Shown in pieces: positions 28,248 through 44,688 of a DNA stretch of 44,688 nt (positions within the stretch are counted from its first letter, which is position 1; each line of letters starts with the position of its first letter). A program made the translations under genes and the position numbers. Location: contig JAKAHU010000001.1 of the NCBI GenBank assembly GCA_021825385.1, positions 1-44,688 of the forward strand, in the 5' to 3' direction. Below the pieces are notes generated by a model, which did no database searches, was not told the origin of the DNA, and worked only from the letters and a program-made list of their open reading frames with translations. Origin of the DNA: Chloroflexota bacterium (GTDB lineage Bacteria; Chloroflexota; Limnocylindria; Limnocylindrales; CSP1-4).

Positions 28248-28996
28248 ACGATCTCGACCTCGTCGCCGACCCGGACGATCCCGCGCTCGACCCGGCCGGT
28301 CGCGACCGTGCCCCGGCCCTTGATCCCGAACACATCCTCGATCGGCATCAGGAACGGCTTGTCGATCGCCCGCTCGGGGGTCGGGATGTACGAGTCGACC
28401 GCATCGAGGAGGGCCTGGATCGGGGCGTAGGCGGGATGGCTCGGGTCGTCGGGGGCCTCGAGCGCCTTGAGCGCCGAGCCGCGCACGACCGGGACCTCGT
28501 CGCCGGGGTAGTCGTACTTGCTGAGCAGCTCGCGGACCTCGAGCTCGACGAGGTCGAGCAGCTCGGGGTCGTCGACCGCGTCGACCTTGTTGAGGAAGAC
28601 GACGATGTACGGGACCTCGACCTGCCGGGCGAGCAGGATGTGCTCGCGGGTCTGGGGCATCGGGCCGTCGGTCGCGGCGACGACGAGGATCGCGCCGTCC
28701 ATCTGGGCGGCGCCGGTGATCATGTTCTTGATGTAGTCGGCATGGCCGGGGCAGTCGACGTGGGCGTAGTGGCGCGCGTCGGTCTCGTACTCGACGTGGG
28801 CGATCGCGATCGTGATCCCCCGCTCGCGCTCCTCGGGCGCGTTGTCGATCGTGTCGAACGCGCGGTACTCGGCCTCACCCTTGAGGGCGAGGTACTTCGT
28901 GATCGCCGCGGTCAGGCTCGTCTTGCCGTGGTCGATGTGACCGATCGTGCCGATGTTGACGTGCGGCTTCGTCCGCTCGAACTTCTTCTTCGCCAT
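27800..28996 (-). CDS. tuf: elongation factor Tu (copy 1, str-operon copy)
   Basis: 398 aa. [21 protein letters not shown] and NKVD are present, and the C-terminus is [10 protein letters not shown]. Confidence 0.98.
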   Translation of the reverse strand: MAKKKFERTKPHVNIGTIGHIDHGKTSLTAAITKYLALKGEAEYRAFDTIDNAPEERERGITIAIAHVEYETDARHYAHVDCPGHADYIKNMITGAAQMDGAILVVAATDGPMPQTREHILLARQVEVPYIVVFLNKVDAVDDPELLDLVELEVRELLSKYDYPGDEVPVVRGSALKALEAPDDPSHPAYAPIQALLDAVDSYIPTPERAIDKPFLMPIEDVFGIKGRGTVATGRVERGIVRVGDEVEIVGIHPTRKVVVTGVEMFKKLLDEGRAGDNIGCLLRGIERDEIERGQVLAKPGSIKPHTKFTAQVYVLTKEEGGRHTPFYNGYRPQFYLRTTDVTGAIGLPPGAEMIMPGDNVEMSVELITPIALEVGQRFAIREGGRTVGAGAIVSILE

Positions 28997-29038
28997 CGTT
29001 GACCGCTCCTCGCTCCTCGCGACCGTTCGGGGTCTCGT

Positions 29039-31114
29039 TCAGACCTTGGACTTCTGGATGAGCTCCGCGGCAACGTTGGCCGGGACCTCGGCATAGTGGG
29101 ACAGTTCCATCGAGTAGCTCGCCCGGCCCTGGGTCATCGACCGCAGGTCCGTCGCGTAGCCGAACATCTCGGCCAGCGGGACGAAGGCCCGGACGACGGT
29201 CGTCGATCCGCGCGAGTCCATCCCCTCGACCTGGCCGCGCCGGCTGTTCAGGTCGCCGATCACGTCGCCCATGAACTGCTCGGGCATCGTCACCTCGACC
29301 CGCATGATCGGCTCGAGGATCGTCGGGCTGGCCTTCTCGACGGCGTCCTTGACGGCCATCGAGCCGGCGATCTTGAACGCCATCTCGCTCGAGTCGACCT
29401 CGTGGTACGACCCGTCGAACAGGATCGCCCGGACGTCGACCATCGGGTAGCCGGCGTAGACCCCGGTGGCCAGCGTCTCGCGGATCCCGGCCTCGACCGC
29501 CTTGATGAACTCGCGCGGGATCGTGCCGCCGACGATCTTGTCGACGAACTCGTATCCGCCACCCTTCGGGAGCGGCTCGAGCCTGATCACCGCGTGACCG
29601 TACTGGCCCTTGCCGCCGGTCTGGCGCACGAAGCGCCCGTTGCCCTCGGCGGGCCGGCGGATCGTCTCGCGGTAGGAGACCGATGGCCGGCCGACATTCG
29701 CGGCCACCTTGAACTCGCGGACCATCCGGTCGACGAGGACGTCGAGGTGAAGCTCGCCCATGCCGGCGATCCGGGTCTGGCCCGATTCCTCGTCGGTGTG
29801 GACGCGGAACGTCGGGTCCTCCTCGGCCAGGCGCTGGAGCGCGATCGCGAGCTTGTCCTGGTCGGCCTTCGTCTTGGGCTCGATGGCGACCTCGATCACC
29901 GGCTCAGGGAAGGTCATCGACTCGAGGATCACCGGGTGGTCCGGATCGGTCAGGGTGTCGCCGGTGAACGTCTCCTTCAGCCCGACCGCGGCCGCGATGT
30001 CGCCGGCGTAGACCTCGTCGATCTCCTCGCGGTGGTTGGCGTGCATCTGGAGGATCCGCCCGATCCGCTCCTTGCGGCCCTTGGTCGTGTTCAGGACGTA
30101 CGAGCCGGCCTTGAGCGTCCCCGAGTAGACGCGGAAGAAGGCCAGCTTGCCGACGAACGGATCAGCCGCAATCTTGAAGGCGAGGGCGCTGAACGGCTCG
30201 TTGTCGTCAGGGGTCCGGAGGACCTCGGCGTGGGTGACCGGGTGCTCACCGATGACCGGCGGGACGTCGAGCGGCGAGGGCAGATAGGCCACGACGGCGT
30301 CGAGCATCGGCTGGATGCCCTTGTTCTTGAGCGCCGAGCCGGTCAGGACCGGCACGATCCGGTACTGGAGCGTGCCGAGCCGGAGGCCATGGACGATCTC
30401 GGCCTCGGTCAGCTCCTCGCCCTCGAGGAACTTGTGGGTGAGGGCGTCGTCGACCTCGGCGACCGCCTCGATCATCCGCTCGCGATGGGCGAGCGCCTCG
30501 TCGCGCAGCTCGGCCGGGATCTCGACCACCTCGATCTGCGCGCCCAGGTCGTCGCGGTAGATGATCGCCTCCATCCGGATCAGGTCGATCACCCCGCGGA
30601 ACGTGTCCTCGGACCCGATCGGCAGCTGGATCGGGACCGCGTTCGCCCCGAGCCGGTCGCGGATCATGTCCACGCAGCGCCAGAAGTCGGCCCCCGTCCG
30701 GTCGAGCTTGTTGATGAAGCAGATCCGGGGCACCCGGTAGCGATCGGCCTGACGCCAGACGGTCTCCGACTGAGGCTCGACGCCGGCCACGCCGTCGAAC
30801 ACGACGACCGCCCCGTCGAGAACGCGGAGGCTCCGCTCGACCTCGACTGTAAAGTCCACGTGCCCGGGCGTATCGATAATGTTGATCCGATGATCCTTCC
30901 AAAAGCAGGTCGTCGCAGCGGCGGTGATCGTGATCCCGCGCTCCTGCTCCTGGGGCATCCAGTCCATCGTGGCCGCACCCTCGTGGACCTCGCCGATCTT
31001 GTAGATCTTCTTCGTGTAGAAGAGGATCCGCTCGGTCACGGTCGTCTTGCCCGCGTCGATATGGGCGATGATCCCGATGTTCCGCGTCCTGGCGAGCGGA
31101 ACCTGTCGTGCCAC
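29039..31114 (-). CDS. fusA: elongation factor G
   Basis: 691 aa. [23 protein letters not shown] and NKLD are present. Confidence 0.98.
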   Translation of the reverse strand: MARQVPLARTRNIGIIAHIDAGKTTVTERILFYTKKIYKIGEVHEGAATMDWMPQEQERGITITAAATTCFWKDHRINIIDTPGHVDFTVEVERSLRVLDGAVVVFDGVAGVEPQSETVWRQADRYRVPRICFINKLDRTGADFWRCVDMIRDRLGANAVPIQLPIGSEDTFRGVIDLIRMEAIIYRDDLGAQIEVVEIPAELRDEALAHRERMIEAVAEVDDALTHKFLEGEELTEAEIVHGLRLGTLQYRIVPVLTGSALKNKGIQPMLDAVVAYLPSPLDVPPVIGEHPVTHAEVLRTPDDNEPFSALAFKIAADPFVGKLAFFRVYSGTLKAGSYVLNTTKGRKERIGRILQMHANHREEIDEVYAGDIAAAVGLKETFTGDTLTDPDHPVILESMTFPEPVIEVAIEPKTKADQDKLAIALQRLAEEDPTFRVHTDEESGQTRIAGMGELHLDVLVDRMVREFKVAANVGRPSVSYRETIRRPAEGNGRFVRQTGGKGQYGHAVIRLEPLPKGGGYEFVDKIVGGTIPREFIKAVEAGIRETLATGVYAGYPMVDVRAILFDGSYHEVDSSEMAFKIAGSMAVKDAVEKASPTILEPIMRVEVTMPEQFMGDVIGDLNSRRGQVEGMDSRGSTTVVRAFVPLAEMFGYATDLRSMTQGRASYSMELSHYAEVPANVAAELIQKSKV

Positions 31115-31138
31115 GGTTTCGTTACGCTCCGTTCGCTC

Positions 31139-31606
31139 TTACCACTTGAAATGGCTGAAGGCCTTGTTGGCCTCGGCCATCTTGTGGGTGTCCTCGCGCC
31201 GCTTGACGGCCGCACCGAGACCATTCATCGCATCGACGAACTCGGCGGCCAGCTTCTCGCTCATGCTCTTGCCATTCCGCTTGCGGGCCGCCTGGACAAG
31301 CCAGCGCACGCCGAGTGAGAGGCGGCGGTCGCCCCGGATCTCGACCGGGACCTGATACGTTGCCCCGCCGACCCGGCGGGGCTTGACCTCGATGATCGGG
31401 GTGGCGTTGCGCAGGGCCGCCTCGAGAACCTCGATCCCCGGTCGGCGGGCCTGGGCCTCGGCGCGCGCGAGCGCCTCGCGCAGGATCCGGTCAGAGAGGT
31501 GGCGCTTGCCGTTCGTCATCAGCTTGGCCGTGAACCGCGATGTCGTCCGGCTGGCGGGAACGGTCTGGTACTTCGCCTTGCGCGGGATGTTGACGCGACG
31601 CGGCAT
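31139..31606 (-). CDS. rpsG: 30S ribosomal protein S7
   Basis: 155 aa. IIEVKPRRVGGATYQVPVEIR...AHKMAEANKAFSHFKW is present. Confidence 0.98.
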   Translation of the reverse strand: MPRRVNIPRKAKYQTVPASRTTSRFTAKLMTNGKRHLSDRILREALARAEAQARRPGIEVLEAALRNATPIIEVKPRRVGGATYQVPVEIRGDRRLSLGVRWLVQAARKRNGKSMSEKLAAEFVDAMNGLGAAVKRREDTHKMAEANKAFSHFKW

Positions 31607-32038
31607 CTACCTCTTCCCTCCGGGCTGGGCCGCCGCCTTCGCGCCGTACTTGGAGCGGCCCTGCTTGCGGTCCCGCACACCCGCCGCATCGAGCGCGCCA
31701 CGGATGATGTGGTACTTGACCGACGGCAGGTCCTTCACCCGGCCACCACGGACGAGCACGACCGAGTGCTCCTGGAGGTTGTGCCCGATACCCGGGATGT
31801 AGGCCGTGACCTCCATCTGGTTGGTCAACCGGACCCGGGCGATCTTGCGCAGGGCCGAGTTCGGCTTCTTGGGCGTCATCGTGCGTACCTGCAGGCAAAC
31901 GCCGCGCTTCTGAGGAGCGCCCGGAATGGGCTCCTGGCGCTGCCGTAGGCTGTTCCAGTTCTTACGCATCGCCGGCGCCTTGACCTTCGCGATCTTGGGC
32001 GTCCGGCCATGGCGCACGAGCTGGCTGATCGTCGGCAC
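31607..32038 (-). CDS. rpsL: 30S ribosomal protein S12
   Basis: Canonical N-terminus (M)[11 protein letters not shown] from GTG 32038, with AAAGGAG 10 nt upstream. The 48 upstream codons of track ORF 31607..32182 are rejected. It carries the Bacillus-type insert before PQKRGVC. Confidence 0.95.
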   Translation of the reverse strand: MPTISQLVRHGRTPKIAKVKAPAMRKNWNSLRQRQEPIPGAPQKRGVCLQVRTMTPKKPNSALRKIARVRLTNQMEVTAYIPGIGHNLQEHSVVLVRGGRVKDLPSVKYHIIRGALDAAGVRDRKQGRSKYGAKAAAQPGGKR

Positions 32039-32215
32039 GAAGACGCTGCTCCTTTCGGGTTCCTGGTTGATGACCATGATCGGGCCGGTCCCCGTCGGCA
32101 CCGCGGCTGCCCGCTGGGCGAGGCCGTCTGGTCGGGTCCGCTGGTCGGTGACGAGGTGTCCGTCACCTGCGATCGCCGGCACCGGGCGTGGACCCGCTCG
32201 GGGCCACGAAGGCGG

Positions 32216-32245
32216 AGTGTATCAGCGGCCCGAAGAGAGTGTCAA
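32216..32245 (-). promoter_or_regulatory. candidate sigma-A/sigma-70 promoter for rpsL-rpsG-fusA-tuf
   Basis: The minus strand reads TTGACA (32245-32240), then an 18-nt spacer, then TACACT (32221-32216). It lies in the 263-nt rpoC-rpsL spacer, about 170 nt upstream of the rpsL start. This is a sequence match only. Confidence 0.35.
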
Positions 32246-32301
32246 ACGACGACCAGCGGCTGCCCGCGGGCCCACCGGTCCCCTCTCCGAGCCGCCCCGG
32301 C

Positions 32302-36753
<4,452 letters not shown>

Positions 36754-36858
36754 CGTTCTCCTCCGCGCCGCCGCCTGGCTCGGCGACGCGATATGGACCC
36801 TGGGCGAGCGGAGCCGGGCCGGCCGGACGCCGGCTTCGCGAGTGGCGTGCGATGAGCG

Positions 36859-40314
<3,456 letters not shown>

Positions 40315-40369
40315 GAACCGCTCCTTGACGGAGGAGAAGGGTGGGAAAGGCCGCGCTCACAGACCGACT

Positions 40370-40397
40370 AGGATACCGCGAATCGCGCACATGTCAA
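40370..40397 (-). promoter_or_regulatory. candidate sigma-A/sigma-70 promoter upstream of rpoB
   Basis: The minus strand reads TTGACA (40397-40392), then a 16-nt spacer, then TATCCT (40375-40370). It lies about 55 nt upstream of the rpoB ATG and directly abuts the hairpin at 40399..40428. Confidence 0.35.
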
Positions 40398-40398
40398 A

Positions 40399-40428
40399 CA
40401 GGGGCGGTGGTGATCACCACCGCCCCTG
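40399..40428 (-). terminator. rplL-rpoB intergenic hairpin (candidate attenuator / partial intrinsic terminator)
   Basis: caggggcggtggtgatcaccaccgcccctg is a perfect 30-nt palindrome (13-bp GC-rich stem with a GAUC loop). It sits 85 nt downstream of the rplL stop and is followed on the transcript by UUUGACAU, a short U tract. Confidence 0.55.
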
Positions 40429-40512
40429 CCAGCCCGGCCAAACCGCAACCCCGACGAGGATCCGCGAGGCGCGCTTCCGGGCGGGCGCCGGCCGGGAACC
40501 AGCCGAGATCGC

Positions 40513-40902
40513 CTACTTGATCTCCACCTTGGCGCCCTGCGCCTCGAGGGCGGCCTTGATCTTCTCGGCCTCCTCGCGCGTGACGCCTTCCTTGACCGGC
40601 TTGGGAGCCGCGTCGACGAGGTCCTTGGCCTCCTTGAGACCGAGCCCGGTCAGCTCGCGCACGACCTTGATGACCGGGATCTTGTTCGGACCGACCTCGG
40701 CGAGGACCGCCGTGAACTCGGTCTGCTCCTCGACCGCCTCGGCGGCGGCGGGGGTCGCCGCGGCCGGTGCGGCCGCCACGGCCACCGGGGCGGCCGCGGT
40801 CACACCGTAGCGCTCTTCGAACTTCTTGATGAACTCGGACAGCTCGAGGACGGTCATGCCGTCGATCGCCTCGAGGATCTGCTCCTGGCTGAGGGTGGCC
40901 AT
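40513..40902 (-). CDS. rplL: 50S ribosomal protein L7/L12
   Basis: The start [34 protein letters not shown] is at ATG 40902, with AAAGGAG upstream. The C-terminus is LKEAKDLVD...[20 protein letters not shown]. The upstream 11 codons of the track ORF are rejected. Confidence 0.96.
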   Translation of the reverse strand: MATLSQEQILEAIDGMTVLELSEFIKKFEERYGVTAAAPVAVAAAPAAATPAAAEAVEEQTEFTAVLAEVGPNKIPVIKVVRELTGLGLKEAKDLVDAAPKPVKEGVTREEAEKIKAALEAQGAKVEIK

Positions 40903-41013
40903 CGTTGATGAACTCCTTTGCTGACGGTCCGGCAACGGGGCCGGTGGTCGGTGGTGGCTGGTACGTGGATCGTCCGGGCAGCCCGGTCGTGGAGCGGGTT
41001 GTCGGCCCCGCCG

Positions 41014-41538
41014 TCAGGCGGCGGCGCCGGCCTTCTGGTCGGCGAGTGCCTGCAGGGCGTAGGCGAGGTTGCGCAGGTTTGCCCCGAGCAGCCCGCCCAG
41101 GGTGGCGATCGGCGCCTGCATCGCCCCGGCCAGCTGGGCCTGGAGCACCTCGCGCGAGGGTAGGCTGGCCAGGCGGACGACCGCCTCGCCGTCGATTGCC
41201 CGGCCACCGATGACGGCACCCTTGACCTTGACCAGCTTGTAGGGACGAGTGGCCTCGAGCACCGCCTTCGCCGTGGCGGCTTCGTCGGTCCCGAACGCGA
41301 TCGCGGTCGGGCCGGTGAGCAAGGACGAGAGGGCCTCGGCCTTCGTCTCCGCGGCCGCGATCCGCATCAGGCGGTTTTTCACGACGCGGTACGAGACATT
41401 CTGCTTGCGCAGCGCCCGACGGATCTCGGCGAGTTCGCTCACGGTGAGGCCGCGGTACTCCGAGACGATATAGGTCGAGCTGCGGGCGAGTTCCTCGCGC
41501 AGCTGGGCGACCGTCTCGCGTTTGGCCTCGGTCGGCAT
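41014..41538 (-). CDS. rplJ: 50S ribosomal protein L10
   Basis: 174 aa starting at ATG 41538, with AGGAGG 6 nt upstream. MPTEAKRETVAQLREELARSSTYIVSEYRGLTVSELAEIRRALR is present. The 66 upstream codons of track ORF 41014..41736 are rejected. Confidence 0.95.
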   Translation of the reverse strand: MPTEAKRETVAQLREELARSSTYIVSEYRGLTVSELAEIRRALRKQNVSYRVVKNRLMRIAAAETKAEALSSLLTGPTAIAFGTDEAATAKAVLEATRPYKLVKVKGAVIGGRAIDGEAVVRLASLPSREVLQAQLAGAMQAPIATLGGLLGANLRNLAYALQALADQKAGAAA

Positions 41539-41897
41539 GGTTACCTCCTGGTGCGGCGCGCAACCGGCGCGCGGCGGTGGGCGGCACCCGGCCGCGGCCG
41601 GGTTGGGCCCCTGCGACGTTCCCTCGCGTCTGCAGGGACGCGCCCACCGGGAGGTGGAGCGCTGGTCCTGCCTCGGCGTGCTCGCCGTCGTCCCCACGGC
41701 CAGGTTCGCTGGCGATGGTCCGGTCCGGCGGATCAAGCCCCGATCGTCGCGACCCGGCGGGCGGGCTGGCGGCGATCCGCGGGCGCAGGCTGTCTGCGGC
41801 GGTCCGTCGATTCAGTTCTCAGGCGACGCACCCAGCCGGGCCGTCGCCGCGTGTCGTACGGCCGACGGGGGCCCACGGCCCTCCGGCGACCACGTGG
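41539..41897 (-). promoter_or_regulatory. long structured rplA-rplJ spacer; candidate L10(L12)4-binding leader and/or internal promoter
   Basis: This is a 359-nt non-coding gap in an otherwise tightly packed array. It contains several stable local hairpins, e.g. 41608..41637 (CCCUGCAGACG-loop-CGUCGCAGGG) and 41645..41658 (CCACC-UCCC-GGUGG). Its position matches the known ribosomal L10 leader. I could not verify the covariance-model features by eye. Confidence 0.35.
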
Positions 41898-42608
41898 TTA
41901 GGCCGCCGCGGCAACCGCCAGGACGGCCGGAAGATCAACCCGGATGCCCGGGCCCATCGTGCTCGCGATCGTCAGCGAGCGCAGGTATTGACCCTTGGCG
42001 CCGCTCGGTCGGGCACGGTTGACCGCGTCGACCAGGGCGGCCAGATTGTCCAGCAGCGCCTCGGGCTCGAAGCTGGCCTTGCCGATCGCGACGTGGATCA
42101 GGCCGCCCTTGTCGACCTTGAACTCGACCCGGCCGGCCTTGACCTCCTTGAGGGCGCGCTCGATGTCGAACGTGATCGTGCCCGACTTCGGGTTCGGCAT
42201 CAACCCCCGCCGGCCGAGGATCTTACCCAGCCGCCCGACCAGGCCCATCGTGTCGGGCGTCGCGAGGGCGACGTCGAACTCGAGCCAGCCGGCCTCGATC
42301 TTCTTCACCAGATCCTCGGCGCCCACCTCGTCGGCCCCGGCCCGGAGCGCCTCCTGGGCCTTCTCGCCCTGGGCGAAGACGGCCACCCGGACGACCTTCC
42401 CGGTGCCGTGGGGCAGGACGACCGTACCGCGCACCATCTGATCGGCGTGGCGGGGATCGACGCCGAGGCGCAGGTGGGCCTCGATCGTAGCGTCGAAATT
42501 GACGGTCGAGGTCCGCCTGACGAGTTCAACCGCCTCCCGCGGCGGGTAGAGCCGGTCAGGCTCGACCAGCTTGGCCGCTTCGAGGTACTTCTTGCCGTGT
42601 CGGCCCAT
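41898..42608 (-). CDS. rplA: 50S ribosomal protein L1
   Basis: 236 aa. [16 protein letters not shown]...[13 protein letters not shown] is present, with GGGAGGA upstream. Confidence 0.97.
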   Translation of the reverse strand: MGRHGKKYLEAAKLVEPDRLYPPREAVELVRRTSTVNFDATIEAHLRLGVDPRHADQMVRGTVVLPHGTGKVVRVAVFAQGEKAQEALRAGADEVGAEDLVKKIEAGWLEFDVALATPDTMGLVGRLGKILGRRGLMPNPKSGTITFDIERALKEVKAGRVEFKVDKGGLIHVAIGKASFEPEALLDNLAALVDAVNRARPSGAKGQYLRSLTIASTMGPGIRVDLPAVLAVAAAA

Positions 42609-42708
42609 CGTGGTGTCCTCCCTACGGCCGGCGGTGCCGGCCTCCCCCTGGCGCGGGGTGAACGTCCGGCGGGATCAGGCGCGGCCGGAACGCGCTCGGT
42701 TGACTGGC

Positions 42709-43134
42709 TTAACCAACGACCTCGATGCCCATGCTTCGGGCCGTGCCCTCGATCTGGCGGATCGCCGCGTCGAGGTCGTTGGCGTTGAGATCGGCCAGCT
42801 TGATCGCGGCGATCTCACGCACCTGGTCGCGGGTCACCCGACCGACCGTGTCCCGGCCGGTCGTCGCACTCCCCTTCTCCACCCCGGCCGCCTTGCGCAG
42901 CAGGTCCGCGGCGGGCGGCGTCTTGAGCACGAACGTGAATGAGCGGTCCTCGTAGACCGTGATCTGGGCCGGGATCACCTGGCCGACCTTGTCGGCCGTC
43001 TTCTCGTTGTAGGACTTCGTGAACTCGACGATGTTGATGCCGTGCGGACCGAGCGCGGTGCCCACCGGCGGGGCGGGTGTCGCCTTGCCGGCGGGCAGCT
43101 GGAGGGTCAGGACGATGCGGACTTTCTTGGCCAC
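42709..43134 (-). CDS. rplK: 50S ribosomal protein L11
   Basis: 141 aa. [34 protein letters not shown] is present. Confidence 0.98.
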   Translation of the reverse strand: MAKKVRIVLTLQLPAGKATPAPPVGTALGPHGINIVEFTKSYNEKTADKVGQVIPAQITVYEDRSFTFVLKTPPAADLLRKAAGVEKGSATTGRDTVGRVTRDQVREIAAIKLADLNANDLDAAIRQIEGTARSMGIEVVG

Positions 43135-43157
43135 GGGAGGGGAACCTTCTCCTTCGC

Positions 43158-43733
43158 TTACAGCTTCTCGACCTGGAGGAAGTCGAGCTCGACCGGCGTC
43201 TCACGGCCGAAGATGCTCACGAGCACCTTGACCTTGTTGCGCTCGGGGTTGACCTCGTCCACCGTGCCGATGAACTCGGCGAAGGGCCCATCGATGACCC
43301 GCACGCTCTGGCCCTTGGTGAAGGCGACGCGGTACTTCGGCGCCTCGACGCCCATCTGGCGCAGGATCTGCTTGACCTCGGCCTCGTCGAGCGGCACCGG
43401 CTCGTTCCGCGTGCCGGGGATGTTCGCCCCGCCGACGAAGCTCGTCACGCCCGGCGTGTTGCGCACCACGTACCACGAGTCCGGGTCGAGGATCATCTCG
43501 ACGAGCACGTAGCCCGGGTAGACCTTCTTCTGGACGGTGTGTCGCTGACCCTGGCGGATCTCGATCTCGTCCTCCATCGGGACGAGGACCTGGAAGATCT
43601 TGTCCTCCATGCCCATCGACTCGATCCGGTGCTCGAGGTTCGCCTTCACCTTGTTCTCATACCCGGAGTACGTATGGATGACGTACCAGCGCTTCTCGGG
43701 TGTCTTCGTCTCGGGGGTGGTCGTCTCGGCCAT
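43158..43733 (-). CDS. nusG: transcription termination/antitermination factor NusG
   Basis: 191 aa. The NGN domain ([16 protein letters not shown]) and the KOW motif ([24 protein letters not shown]) are present. Confidence 0.96.
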   Translation of the reverse strand: MAETTTPETKTPEKRWYVIHTYSGYENKVKANLEHRIESMGMEDKIFQVLVPMEDEIEIRQGQRHTVQKKVYPGYVLVEMILDPDSWYVVRNTPGVTSFVGGANIPGTRNEPVPLDEAEVKQILRQMGVEAPKYRVAFTKGQSVRVIDGPFAEFIGTVDEVNPERNKVKVLVSIFGRETPVELDFLQVEKL

Positions 43734-43739
43734 CGCAGC

Positions 43740-43931
43740 TCAGCCCGCCCCGGTCAACAGCCGCACGGCCTGGGCGAAGACGACGTCCAGGACGGTGATG
43801 TACAGGCCGACGACGAAGCTGACCACGAAGACGAGCACGGTCAGGTTCCGGGTCTGCTCCCGCGTCGGCCAGCTGACCTTCTTCAATTCGGACCACGCTT
43901 CGTCGAGGAAGCGTCGGATGCGATCCACCAC
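43740..43931 (-). CDS. secE: preprotein translocase subunit SecE
   Basis: 63 aa from GTG 43931 (or GTG 43928). (M)VDRIRRFLDEAWSELKKVSWPTREQTRNLTVLVFVVSFVVGLYITVLD contains a single TM helix. The track ORF start at 44030 would run through the tRNA-Trp gene and is rejected. Confidence 0.85.
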   Translation of the reverse strand: MVDRIRRFLDEAWSELKKVSWPTREQTRNLTVLVFVVSFVVGLYITVLDVVFAQAVRLLTGAG

Positions 43932-43969
43932 GGTTCGTTCTGCTCTCGGGCTACGGATGTGGGCGGGGG

Positions 43970-44046
43970 TGGCAGGCGCGGCCGGACTCGAACCGACAAC
44001 CACTGGTTTTGGAGACCAGAGCTCTGCCAAATTGAGCTACGCGCCT
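43970..44046 (-). tRNA. trnW: tRNA-Trp (anticodon CCA), 3' CCA encoded
   Basis: The reverse strand reads AGGCGCGTAGCTCAATTTGGCAGAGCTCTGGTCTCCAAAACCAGTGGTTGTCGGTTCGAGTCCGGCCGCGCCTGCCA. I folded it by hand into a 7/4/5/5-bp cloverleaf with anticodon loop CUCCAAA and T-loop GGTTCGAGTCC. It sits at the classical position upstream of secE. Confidence 0.93.
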
Positions 44047-44068
44047 CCGGCGTCCGCTGCTGGGATTC

Positions 44069-44233
44069 CTACTTGGCCTCCCGGTGAAGTGTATGGCGTC
44101 GGCAGCGCGGACAGTACTTCTGAAGCTCGATCCGGCCGGGATCGTTCTTCTTGTTCTTCCGGGTTGAGTACGTCCGCTCCTTGCACTCGGTGCAGGCGAG
44201 CTGGATGACCGGACGGGCTTCGACCTTGGCCAT
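44069..44233 (-). CDS. rpmG: 50S ribosomal protein L33 (Cys4 zinc form)
   Basis: Absent from the ORF track (54 aa). My hand translation from ATG 44233 gives [54 protein letters not shown] followed by TAG. Confidence 0.92.
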   Translation of the reverse strand: MAKVEARPVIQLACTECKERTYSTRKNKKNDPGRIELQKYCPRCRRHTLHREAK

Positions 44234-44688
44234 GGCGCGCCTACTCGAGGATGCTCACGATCGCGCCGGCCCCGACCGTCCGCCCACCCTCACGGATGGC
44301 GAACCGCTGGCCGACCTCGAGCGCGATCGGGGTGATGAGCTCGACGCTCATCTCGACGTTGTCACCGGGCATGATCATCTCGGCCCCTGGGGGCAGCCCG
44401 ATCGCCCCGGTGACGTCGGTCGTGCGCAGGTAGAACTGGGGCCGGTAGCCGTTGTAGAACGGGGTGTGCCGGCCGCCCTCCTCCTTGGTCAGGACGTACA
44501 CCTGGGCGGTGAACTTCGTGTGCGGCTTGATGCTCCCGGGCTTGGCGAGGACCTGGCCGCGCTCGATCTCGTCGCGCTCGATCCCGCGCAGGAGGCAGCC
44601 GATGTTGTCTCCGGCGCGGCCCTCGTCGAGGAGCTTCTTGAACATCTCGACCCCGGTCACGACGACCTTGCGGGTCGGGTGGATGCCG
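44225..44688. repeat. perfect direct repeat, copy B, partner at 27784..28247
   Basis: Same comparison. The repeat is truncated by the window end, so its true length is unknown. Confidence 0.9.
44241..44688 (-). CDS. tuf: elongation factor Tu (copy 2), C-terminal part only; the gene continues beyond the window end
   Basis: The translated C-terminus is identical to copy 1 (…[10 protein letters not shown]). The apparent M at 44660 in the track is internal (MTGVEMFKK is also internal in copy 1). Confidence 0.95.
   Translation of the reverse strand, partial: GIHPTRKVVVTGVEMFKKLLDEGRAGDNIGCLLRGIERDEIERGQVLAKPGSIKPHTKFTAQVYVLTKEEGGRHTPFYNGYRPQFYLRTTDVTGAIGLPPGAEMIMPGDNVEMSVELITPIALEVGQRFAIREGGRTVGAGAIVSILE

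Noticed and set aside
42609-42708. L1-binding regulatory site in the rplK-rplA spacer (hairpin GGCCGGC-ACC-GCCGGCC next to GGGAGG)
   Set aside because: The hairpin is real, but I cannot verify any resemblance to the 23S L1-stalk site by eye. In bacteria the known L1 operator lies upstream of rplK, where only 23 nt are available here.
44241-44660. Track ORF presented as a 139-aa protein starting with M at 44660
   Set aside because: It is the C-terminal part of a second full-length tuf gene truncated by the window end. The M is an internal methionine (the same MTGVEMFKK occurs inside copy 1).

Overview
This is a very GC-rich bacterial chromosomal segment (by eye about 70% G+C, with codon third positions almost all G/C). 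Every gene I can support lies on the minus strand. About 59 protein genes and one tRNA form a single uninterrupted co-directional array. In transcription order (high to low coordinates) it reads: tuf (copy 2, cut by the window end), rpmG, tRNA-Trp, secE, nusG, rplK, rplA, rplJ, rplL, rpoB, rpoC, rpsL, rpsG, fusA, tuf (copy 1). Then come the S10 block (rpsJ to rpsQ), the spc block (rplN to rplO, secY, adk, map, infA, rpmJ) and the alpha block (rpsM, rpsK, rpsD, rpoA, rplQ). These are followed by truA, rplM, rpsI, a TPR protein, cdaA, cdaR, glmM, glmS, acpS, nnrD, alr, a macro-domain protein, a small acidic hypothetical and a partial ASKHA-like ORF. The order is strikingly Bacillus-like, which points to a high-GC member of the Terrabacteria (Chloroflexota- or deep Actinomycetota-like); I cannot assign it more precisely. 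This is core housekeeping DNA. I see no mobile element, CRISPR array, defence island or secondary-metabolite cluster, and an honest reading does not support a novel multi-gene system here. The long plus-strand ORFs in the track are antisense artefacts of high GC. Items worth a second look: (1) nnrD is frameshifted exactly inside a (GAGC)4 tetranucleotide run. (2) The two tuf copies are identical at the nucleotide level for at least 464 nt, and the identity runs into the first codons of two different downstream genes. (3) RpoC carries a roughly 185-aa helical insertion. (4) A perfect 30-nt palindromic hairpin abuts a TTGACA/TATCCT promoter-like site between rplL and rpoB. (5) The rplJ and rpsL leaders are long and GC-rich. 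(6) A cdaA-cdaR-glmM-glmS module has no room for a glmS ribozyme. (7) AcpS, L15, S17 and L24 are unusually extended. (8) An uncharacterised translationally coupled macro-domain/small-acidic-protein pair sits at the left edge; this is the only real unknown in the window.
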